Shown one piece after another: positions 17,148 to 29,100 of a stretch of 64,000 nt of DNA. Within the stretch, counting starts at the first letter, position 1. Each line of letters starts with the position of its first letter. The position numbers and the translations under genes are program-made. Source of the DNA: Minisyncoccota bacterium (GTDB lineage Bacteria > Patescibacteriota > Minisyncoccia > Phycocordibacterales > UBA9973); the NCBI GenBank assembly GCA_035353995.1, contig DAOQAL010000001.1:308104-372103 (forward strand). The letters run 5' to 3'. The notes below the pieces were generated by a model. It saw only the letters and a list, made by a program, of their open reading frames with translations, made no database searches and was not told the origin of the DNA.

Positions 17148-20100
17148 ATGTCAGAAAAACATAAGAATAAAAGAGTTTTACAACTAATAAGAAATATTTT
17201 ACAAATACTTAAACCAAAGTTGTCTTTTCACTATATTGCATACACTACTTTAGTAGCTTTGGTTGTTTTTTCTTTAGTAAATTTAGTTGGTGCTACAACT
17301 CCAAACCCTGGTCACTCATGGTCTGAAGTTGGAGATGGTGTTTTTGCAGTAACAAATAATCAAACAGCAATTCGCACTTACACTTTTCCAGATGCAAATG
17401 CAACTGTACTTACTACTAACGCACTTGTTACTGTTGCACAAGGTGGAACTGGTGCAAATACTTTAACAGGAATTTTAATTGGAAATGGAACTTCTGCTTT
17501 TACATCTGTAGCACTTACTGCAGGACAATCAATTCGAATGAATTCAGGTGGAACAGCTTATGAAGGTTTTACTCCTGGAACAGGAAATGTTAATTCTATC
17601 TCTGTCGCAACTTCAAATGGTTTTGCTGGTTCATCTTCTGGTGGTTCAAATCCAATCTTAACTTTATCTACTACTATCTCTGGAATGTTGAAAGGAAATG
17701 GAACTGCAATCAGTGCAGCAACAGATGGTTCTGATTTTCTTTCTTCTTCGACAGGATGGAAATTAAATGGACAAGCTCTCGGCACAAAAAAAACTCTTGG
17801 GTCTACTGATGGATATGCAATTGGTTTTCTAACTAATAATTCAGAAAGAATGACAATACTTTCTGGTGGTAACATTGGTATCGGTGTAACTTCACCGACA
17901 GCAGTTTTACATTTGAAAGCTGGTACTGCAACAGCAGGAACTGCACCATTAAAATTTGCATCAGGAGTATTACTAACAACTCCAGAAACAGGAGCAATGG
18001 AATTTGATGGAACTAATTTATATTTCACACCAGTTGATTTACGAAAGACAATTGCTTTTACAGAAGACATTGCATCTGGCTACGTTCCATACACAGGTGC
18101 AACTGCTGACGTTAATCTTGGAGCTTTTGATTTAACAACTACAGATCTTAATGTAAGTGGTATCGCTAATTTTACTGGAAGCGTTGCTGTTAACACTGAC
18201 CCAGACAACAACACTAGTGGTTTTGAATATGGAAATGGTTATGATCCATCTTCAAGTTATTATTACAATGAAAGATTTCGAGTAAATAGTTTTATGGAAA
18301 CACCACATATGTCTTTAGGTGTTGCTTCAAACTTTTTACTATATTCTGAAGATTTTTCAAATGCCGCTTGGGTAAAAACAAGTATAGGTTCAGTTAGTGC
18401 AAATGGTGTTAATGCTCCTAATGGATCAACTACTGCAGAAAATATTCCAGCTGGTTCTGCTTCAACTGCTAATATAGCTCAAACAATTACAAACAGTACT
18501 ACAGGATACTGGTCTGCTGGTGTTTGGGCAAGAACTCAAAGTGGAACAGCTACTATAGATTTGCAAATTGATAATGGATCAGCAGAAATTGGAACTCCTA
18601 AAACAGTTACAGTGGATACAAAATGGCGCTTCTTTGGTGTTGCTCAAAATTTTAGTCCTTCTTCTAATACAACAAAAACTTTTAAAATAACTTCTGGAAC
18701 AACAGCAATTTCTTTATGGGGTGCAAGAATGAATCAAGGTGAAACGATAAATTCATATCGTGCTACAACAAGTTCAAATTCTTCTACTCCTACATTTGGT
18801 GCATTTTTCAACAACACAACAATTTACGGTACTCTTTCTGGAAGTGCAAGTTCAGCTGGCTATGCTACTTATTCAAATAGTGGAATTTATGGTGGAGTAA
18901 CATTATCAAATACTACTGGCAATGCTGGAAAGTGGGAATTATTAGGATATGTAACTTTAACATATAACTCTACTTATGATTATGGACATTCTTGGGATTA
19001 TGAAGTCAACCTGAAAGAAATTAATAATGATGATTCAGCAATTTCACAAGTTGATTATGAGGATATTACTTTAAAACTTAAAGGAAATTTAGCAGAAGCA
19101 ACTAGTACTGCTACTTTCAATTCCGCTGTACCAACTTTCTCTATTGATGTTTCTGGTGCTACGCAATTAACTTCTAGTGATTTTGCAGCTGTTGTTTATT
19201 CGACAAGTACTTCAACTAAGGTAATTAGATATTATGTAAAATTGCCAGCTGCTAATTCTCATTACATGATTGTACCTATTAACTATCGTGGAGTTAGCTA
19301 TAACAGTACATTAGGTATAAGTACTTCTTACGTTTCTTGGACAACTTCTTCTAGTACTGCTGTGATAACAACCTTACCAACTCCACCTGCTGGTCAAGGT
19401 TCTGTAGTAAATGGAAATATTCTTTACACAACATACAAAGGCAATGGAATATTTAGTGGACTATTAAGTGGTACAGCTTTGAAATCTGCTAAGTGGTATC
19501 CAGGTGCTGACTCTACAACTGCAATTCAAATTAATAAAGCAGATGGTTTAACAAATATTATAAATATTGATACAACAAATGGAAGAATGGGTATCGGTAC
19601 AACTTTACCAACAGCATTACTAAATCTAGCAGCCGGTACTGCATCAGCAGGAACTGCTCCACTCAAATTTACATCAGGAACATTATTAACTACACCAGAG
19701 GATGGATCAGTAGAATTTGATGGAACTCACTATTATGTAACAGTTGGTTCTACTAGATACCAATTAGATCAACAAGCTCCAGGTGGAGGTATGGTGTACC
19801 CAGGATCAGGAATTGCAGTCTCAACAGGTTCTGCTTGGGGAACTTCAATCAGTGGAACATCTTCACAATTTGTAAAAGGTGATGGAAGTTTGGATTCAAA
19901 TACATACTTAACAACTTCTTCTGCTTCTTCAACTTATGTTCCTTACACTGGAGCAACAAGTGCAGTAGATTTAGGTGTTCATAATCTTACTGTTGATACA
20001 AATACATTGTTTGTAGATTCAACAAATCATAGAGTTGGAATCGGAACAACAAGTCCTACATCTAAGTTATATGTTAGTAGTGGAGGCGGAGTTAATTCTG

Positions 20101-23100
20101 GCATTGTTATTAAATCTGATGGAACAACTGGGACATATGCATCATTAGATTATGTAAATAAAAACAATGTAGCATTTCAGACAGGCTTATATGATTCTGG
20201 TAATGCTTTCTTTTATATGCCTTCAACTGGAAATAATATTGGATTCTATACGAACGATCTTGAAAGAATGACTATAGCAAAAACAGGTAATGTCGGAATT
20301 GGTACAACGAGTCCAACAGTTCCATTAGACATCACTGGAGCGGTAAACATATCAACTGGAAATTTAGATTTAGACAATACAACAAATGCAAATCAATATG
20401 GAGTGATCACAAAAAATGGGATCAGATTCATTCACAATTTTAATTATGGAAACAACGGTACTGTAACGACAGAAGGACATAATTTATTTATTGGAGAAAA
20501 TGCCGGTAACTTTACGATGGGATCAACGGCAAATTATGCTAATTATTCTTCAAGCAATGTTGGAATCGGTTATTCTACGTTAAGTTCGAATACAACTGGA
20601 TACTATAACTCTGCTGTAGGAATTTATGCTCTTTATTCTAACACCACAGGATACTCTAACTCTGCAATAGGAACACATGCTCTTATGCTTAATACCACAG
20701 GGTACGCTAACTCTACAGTAGGAAATGATGCTCTTTATAATAATACTTCAGGGTACAAGAACTCTGTAATTGGAAGTACAGCTCTCTTTAATAATACAAC
20801 AGGATACTCTAACTCTGCGATGGGATATGAAGCCGGCCGCTATGTTACAGGAAATGTAGCTAACACAACCAGTGATTATAGTATATACCTTGGTGCTAAT
20901 ACCAAAGCTCTTGCTGATGATGATCAAAATGAAATTGTAATAGGTTACGATGCTACGGGTGCCGGTTCAAACACTGCAGTAATAGGTAGCAGTTCTTTAA
21001 CTTCTGTATACCTCGGAAGTTCTACACCTAGCGCTAGACTATACACTAAAGGTATAACGTTATCTGCAGGTACAGCAACTGCTGGAACTGCTCCATTGAA
21101 GTTCACATCAGGAACATTGTTAGGAACAACGGAAGCAGGAACAATGGAATTTAATGGAACACATTTATACTTTACAGTAGCAAATAGCGGAACAAGATAT
21201 CAATTAGATCAACAAGCTCCAGGTGGAGGTATGGTTTACCCAGGAGCAGGTATTCCAATTTCAACAGGTTCTGCTTGGGGAACTTCAATCAGTGGAACAT
21301 CTTCACAATTTGTAAAAGGGGATGGAAGTTTGGATTCAAATACATACTTAACAACTTCTTCTGCATCTTCAACTTATGTTCCATATACTGGAGCAACAAG
21401 TGCAGTAGATTTAGGTGTTCATAATCTTACTGTTGATACAAATACATTGTTTGTAGATTCAACAAATCATTTTGTTGGTATTGGAACAACAACACCGAGT
21501 GTAAAACTAAATGTACTTGGTGTAACTGCGTTGCAATCTGGTGATGCTGATGGTGCTCTACGGATTGGTGCTGATGTTTTGGCTACTACACTTTCATCAA
21601 ATGTAAGAAAATTGGGAAGAGTAACAGCTCCTTCTTATAGTAATACATATTATTATTCATTGTTTTCTGCTGATAGTGATACGGGTGGTGATGGAATAGA
21701 ATTTGGAGGTAGAGCAGGAGCATTAAATTCATCTCCAACATATATTTCATTTGCTACAACTCCAACAGCAGGAAGTAGCGCTGGAAATGCGGAACGAATG
21801 AGAATAATAGGTAATGGAAACATTGGTATCGGCATAGCTTCACCAACAGCTAGATTACATTTACCAGCTGGTACAGCAACAGCAGGAACTGCTCCACTAA
21901 AATTTACATCAGGAACATTGTTAGGAACAACGGAAGCAGGAACAATGGAATTTAATGGAACACATTTATACTTTACAGTAGCAAATAGCGGAACAAGATA
22001 TCAATTAGATCAACAAGCTCCAGGTGGAGGTATGGTTTACCCAGGAGCAGGAATTCCAATTTCAACAGGCAGTGCTTGGGGAACTTCAATCAGTGGAACA
22101 TCTTCACAATTTGTAAAAGGGGATGGAAGCTTAGATTCAAATACATATTTAACTTCTGCTTCTTTGTCTGGTTATGTTCCTTATACTGGTGCAACCACAA
22201 ATGTAGTTCTCGGAGCAAATACTCTTTCAACAACTTCAGGTTTAATTTCTCCAAAACTTTATCCTGCAAGTGATTCAACAACAGCAATACAATTTAACAA
22301 AGCAGATGGAACAACAAATATTTTAAATATTGATACGACGAATTCTAGAGTTGGAATTGGGACAACAAGTCCAAGTGTTAAATTAGAAGTAGCGGGACAA
22401 GGTAAATTCATAAGTACAACTTTTCCAGTTCTTGATATAGTTAGAGATACAACGACTACTGCTGGTGGAGTTTATGGTGGTGCTAAATTAGAGAGAATTA
22501 TGACTGGCGGAACATCAGTCAATGGTACTGGTATAGGTTTTTATTTTAAGAATCCAGACTCAGCAGGAAATTCTACTTTTTCAGGTATTTTTGGTTCAGC
22601 ACTTTCAAGCGTAACAGATGGAAGTGAAGTCGGAGATGTTATTGTTTCTGCTGCTTGGCAAGGAGGAGATCCTTATTTAAATCAACACTTAGTTGTTAGA
22701 GCAACCGGCGCAACGACAGGTAACGTTTTGGTTCCGAATGGTAATGTCGGAATTGGAACAACTTCACCAAATCAACAATTAGAAATTACTCAAAACTTTA
22801 GACTTCCTTCTACAACTTATAATAGTGGAAATCCTTATGGGATAATTTACAAAGGAACAAATCCATTCATTCATGATTTCAATTATGGAAACAACGGTAC
22901 TGTAACGACAGAAGGACATAATTTATTTATTGGTGAAAGTGCAGGTAACTTTACAATGGGATCAACGGCAACATTATTAAGTCAATCATCAAACAATATT
23001 GGAATAGGGTATAATTCTCTTTCTGTAAATACTACTGGTTATGGCAATACAGCTATCAGCAATTATTCTTTGGAATCAAATACAACAGGTACTCAAAACT

Positions 23101-26100
23101 CTGCTATTGGTTATAAATCTCTGTCTAGTAATACTACTGGTAGCGTTAACTCTGCTTTTGGACCTTATTCTCTTTCTGGTAATACTACTGGTAGTAACAA
23201 TTCTGCTTTTGGATCTTATTCTCTTTCTGGTAATACTACTGGTATCTTAAATGTCGCTTTTGGTCAAAATGCTCTTTCTGGTAATACTACTGGTAATTAT
23301 AACTCTGCTTTAGGATATAACGCTGGTAGTTTTATTGCTGATGGTTCAACATCGAATACTTTTGGTTCAAATAGTTTATTTTTGGGCAGTTATTCAAGAG
23401 CTCTTGCTAATAATCAAACAAATCAAATTGTAATTGGTTATAATGCTATCGGTAACGGAAGCAATACAGCAACAATTGGAAACAGTTCTATATTAAGAAC
23501 ATATCTAAGAGGAGTAAATCTAGCAGCCGGTACTGCATCAGCTGGAACTGCTCCACTAAAATTTACATCAGGAACATTATTAGGAACACCTGAGACAGGA
23601 GCGATGGAATTTGATGGTTCTCACTATTACATAACAATAGGTTCAACTCGTTATCAATTAGATCAACAAGCTCCAGGTGGGGGTATGGTTTATCCAGGAG
23701 CGGGCATTCCAGTTTCGACAGGTTCAGCTTGGGATACATCTAAAACGGCACCTACGGGAGACATCGTTGGAACAACTGATACACAAGATCTTACTAACAA
23801 AACATACAATGGACTTTCTTTGTTAGGAAACAATACTGATTTTAATTCTTTTGTTGGTTACAATACTGGTCTTAATATTCCAAGCGGAGCACAATGGAAC
23901 TCTTTCTTTGGTTATGAAGCAGGAAAGGGAAGCGCAAGTACAAGTTATAATTATTCTAATACTGGAATAGGATATCAATCTTTGTATTCCATTACAGTTG
24001 GTAGTAATAACTCTGCACTAGGAAATAAGTCTCTGTACTATAATACTTCAGGATGGTCTAATACTGCAGTAGGAGATAGTTCACTTTCTTCTAATACTGA
24101 AGGTTATCTTAATGTTGCATTAGGTGTTGATTCTTTATCAAGTAATATTACAGGTTACGATAACTCTGCTATCGGTAGTTCTTCTATGTACTCTAACACT
24201 ACAGGTTACTATAACATCGCAATAGGAGGTGGTTCTATGTATTATAATACTACTGGAAATTATAACTCTGCTACAGGATATTCTTCTTTATCAAATAACA
24301 CAACAGGTAATATTAATTCTGCACTAGGATATGTAGCCGGATACTTTATAGCTGACAACTCAACGCCAAACACTACATCAGATTATAGTTTGTATTTAGG
24401 TGCATATACCAAAGCTCTTGCAGATAATGATCAAAATGAAATTGTAATTGGTTATGACACAACAGGTAATGGAAGCAACACAGCAACAATTGGAAACAGT
24501 TCTATATTAAGAACATATTTAAGAGGAGTAAATTTAGCAGGAGGTACAGCAACTGCAGGAACTGCTCCATTAAAATTTACATCAGGAACATTGTTAGGAA
24601 CTACAGAAGGTGGAGCAATGGAATTTGATGGTTCACATTTGTACTTCACAATAGCTGATAGCGGAACAAGATATCAATTAGATCAACAAGGAGGTATGGT
24701 TTATCCAGGAGCAGGTATTGCAATTTCAACAGGAAGTGCTTGGGGAACATCAATATCAGGAACATCCTCACAGTTTGTAAAAGGGGATGGAAGTTTAGAT
24801 TCAAATACATACTTAACAACTTCTTCTGCTTCTTCAACTTATGTTCCTTACACTGGAGCAACCACAGATGTAAATCTTGGAACACATACTCTTGCTTCAG
24901 GTTCAATAGATATCGCTACAGGTAATTTAGATTTAGATAACACTACTTATGCAAATCAATATGGATTGATTACCAAAAATGGAACCAGATTCATTCATAA
25001 TTTTTCCTACGGATTAAATGGAAATAATGTAACCCCAGAAGGTCGCAATTTATTTATTGGTGAAGGTGCCGGTAATTTTACGATGGGATCGGATGCAACT
25101 TACTATAGTTATTCTTCAAACAATATTGGAGTCGGTTATTCTACATTAAGTTTCAATACAACTGGATACGGTAACTTTGCGGTAGGAAGTTATGCTCTTT
25201 ATTACAACACCACAGGATACGGTAACTCTGCAATAGGAAAAAGTGCTCTGTTCTCTAATACTGAAGGATTCTTTAACTCTGCATTAGGAGATTCTGCTCT
25301 TAAATCTAATACTACAGGATATAGAAATATCTCAATGGGAAGTTACGCTCTTAATTCAAACACCACAGGAAGCCATAATTCTGCATTAGGATATAATACT
25401 GGTCGCTATATTGCAAACGGAAGCACTGGTAATACCACTAGTGACTACAGTGTATATCTTGGTGCTATGACAAAAGCTCTTGCCGACGATGATCAAAACG
25501 AAATTGTAATCGGTTACAACGCCACCGGTGCCGGTTCAAACACTGCCGTAATCGGAAACAGTTCTGTAACTTCGGTATATCTCGGAAGCTCTACTGCTGG
25601 CGCAAGACTCTACACTAATGGCGTAACGTTATCTGCCGGTACAGCAACAGCAGGAACTGCACCACTAAAATTTACATCAGGAACATTACTAGGAACAACA
25701 GAAGGTGGAGCAATGGAATTTGATGGTTCACATTTGTACTTTACTATAGCTGATAGCGGAACAAGATATCAATTAGATCAACAAGGAGGTATGGTTTACC
25801 CAGGATCAGGAATTGCAATCTCAACAGGAAGTGCTTGGGGAACTTCAATCAGTGGAACATCTTCACAATTTGTAAAAGGGGATGGAAGTTTGGATTCAAA
25901 TACATACTTAACCTCTGCATCTTTGTCTGGTTATGTTCCTTACACTGGTGCAACCACAAATGTAGTTCTCGGAGCAAATACTCTTTCAACAACTTCAGGT
26001 TTAATTTCTCCAAAACTTTATCCTGCAAGTGATTCAACAACAGCAATACAATTTAACAAAGCAGATGGAACAACAAATATTTTAAATATTGATACGACAA

Positions 26101-29100
26101 ATGGAAGAGTGGGAATGGGTACGACGAGTCCATCATCAATGCTTCATATTTATGATACTACTGCTAGCGGAACATTTGCTGATGGATTATATTTACAAGC
26201 AGGAAATGATGCAAATGCAATTAGGGTACGTTTGAAAAATACTAATTCTGATTTTTTTATTAACGCATACGGAACTGGAGCAATCGGTGCATTAGCAAAT
26301 TCAATTGGATTTTTTGCTAGTGGAAGTTCAACTAATGATTTTATTATTGGGCATACTGGAACAACTTCTGGAAATGATATTAGATTTTTTACAAATAATG
26401 ATTATTCAGATGCAAATGAATTAGTGATTACACAAGGCGGACTTGTTGGAATGGGAACATCAACTCCAACTGGAAAATTAAATATAATAAATACATCAGA
26501 ACAATTACGTATTGGATATAGTTCTAGTGTTTATTATTCAACTACAATTGATTCTACAGGGACAGTTATATTTGATTCTACTGGTGGCGCTTCATCTCGA
26601 TTTTCATTTGCAGACAATCTAGGTATCGGAACAACTTCACCAAGCAATATACTTTCTCTAGGTGGAACAACAGCTAGAACAATTTGGATGGAACGTAACA
26701 CAACAGCAGGAACTGCAGGACAGGCACTAACTTTGTTCTCTGGTGGTGCATATTCTGGTGGAACTAATTTGAATGGTGGAGATTTATATTTAAAATCTGG
26801 TATTTCTACTGGTACTGGATCATCATCTATGCATTTTCTTACTGCAACAGCAGGAAGTAGTGGAACAGCTGACAATACTCCAACCGAAAAAATGACTATT
26901 CTTGCTAATGGTAAAGTAGGTATTGGAAATACAAATCCATCATCAAAATTAACAGTTACTGATGTGAATAGTATTTTCTTCGTTCCAAACCAGGGAGCTA
27001 CTGGTGAAATTCCAGCAGGAACTGCAATGTCTACAAGTTCTAACTTTACATTTTTGGGAGATGGAACTGGTGGAGTTGGAAATGGAGTTATGGTTGCTTA
27101 TTACAATCAAACACAATGGCTTTCCGCCGTACAGACTGCAAACGTTAGTAGTGGTTATGGAAATTTATTGTTAATGAAATCTGGTGGATCTGTAGGTGTA
27201 GGTACTTCTGCTCCAACAGCTAGATTACATTTAGGAGCAGGATCAGCTACAGCAGGAACTGCTCCATTAAAATTTACATCAGGAACATTACTAACAACAG
27301 CTGAGGCAGGAGCAATGGAATTTGATGGAACTCACTATTATGTAACAGTTGGTTCTACTAGATACCAATTAGATCAACAAGCTCCAGGTGGAGGTATGGT
27401 TTATCCAGGAGCAGGTATTCCAATTTCAACAGGTTCTGCTTGGGGTACATCTATATCAGGAACATCTTCACAGTTTGTAAAAGGGGATGGAAGTTTAGAT
27501 TCAAATACATACTTAACAACTTCTTCTGCATCTTCAACTTATGTTCCATATACAGGTGCAACCACAAATGTAGTTCTCGGAGCAAATACTCTTTCAACAA
27601 CTTCAGGTTTAATTTCTCCAAAACTTTATCCTGCAAGTGATTCAACAACAGCAATACAATTTAACAAAGCAGATGGGACAACAAATATTTTAAATATTGA
27701 TACGACAAATGGGAGAGTGGGAATTGGGACAACAAGTCCTACTAAAAAATTAGAAGTATCTGGTAATTTAGGTGCTGGAGGAATATTTAATGTTAACTCT
27801 TCGACTCCAGCAGATTTCGTTGGTTTGGAAACCTCTTCTGGTCGTTCAGCTATTGTTTTCAACAATTCAAATTCCAGGATGTATTATGATTCTTCAGCAA
27901 ATACTTTTAATATGTTTCCAGTTGTTGGAACATATGATGACCCATCAAGTTGGAATTATTCAACGATGTCTTATGCCTTAACTAGTCAAACTCTATATTT
28001 GAATGGTGCTGGAGGAGTTGAAATTGGTCAAGGAGGTTTGATTTCTACAAAAATAGTTGATACAACTACTGATTATCAAAATTATACTGGTTCTACTTTC
28101 TCCATGTGGAAGAGATTAGGAAACAACACAGTAAATACATTAAATGGATTGAACTTAAATTATGGTGGATATTGGAGTGCTGCTGGAACTATTACTGATT
28201 CTGCTGGAATATACTCTGCTTTTGCAGCTGCTGATTCTTCGGCTGCTAATTTTACAAATGTTTATGGTATTAAAACAAGTTTTACTAATGTAGGAACTGG
28301 TACAATTACAAATCAATATGGTATTTATATTCCATCTGATTCAGTTGCTACAAATGTATATGGTATATCATCAAATATTGCTAGTGGAACTAATAAATGG
28401 AATATGTATGTTGCAGGTACAGCTAATAACTATTTTGCCGGCAATGTTGGAATCGGAACGACGACCCCACAAGCTGCATTAAATGTAATTGGAGACGTAA
28501 TGTTAGGATACAATTCAACAGGGCAAAAAATTTATCCATATTATTATAGTGCTACGAATTATAATGCAATTTCTTCTGATAGCTCAGGTGCTATGACATT
28601 TATCACTGGTGTTACATCTCCTTCAGAAAGAATGAGAATTGATAATTCTGGTTATGTTGGAATAGGTAATGCTTCTCCAGCAACGACTCTTGATATTACA
28701 GGAGCAGGTGGCTCTCCTTCTGGCACACCATCTTTTCCTGTTAGAGTTGTGTCTGGAACGAATACTAATCCAGGTATGATTTTTGAACGAAGTGATGCAA
28801 GTAAATTTGTTAACCTTTGGACGGGAAGTGGAGCAGCAATATTAGGATTTACTGATACTGCTTCAAGGATGGCTATTGGAACTTATACTTACGCAGATAG
28901 ATATTCTACTGGTTTCCCAACAAAAGAAATTTTGTCTCTTCTTCCTAGTGGAAATGTTGGAGTAGGAGTTACAAATCCTACAGCAAAACTTCATTTAAAA
29001 GCATCTGATGGGACAGCAGGAAGTGCATCATTAAAAATTACAGATGGAACATTGCTATCAACTCCAGAAGCAGGAGCAATAGAATTTGTTGGAACAAGTC

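Noticed and set aside
22076-22287. Small 65-aa ORFs on both strands inside the giant gene, recurring identically at 24740-24925, 25835-26046 and 27440-27654
   Set aside because: They are alternative-frame and antisense readings of the near-identical intragenic repeats. They lie wholly within a long, strongly supported coding frame and have no independent support.
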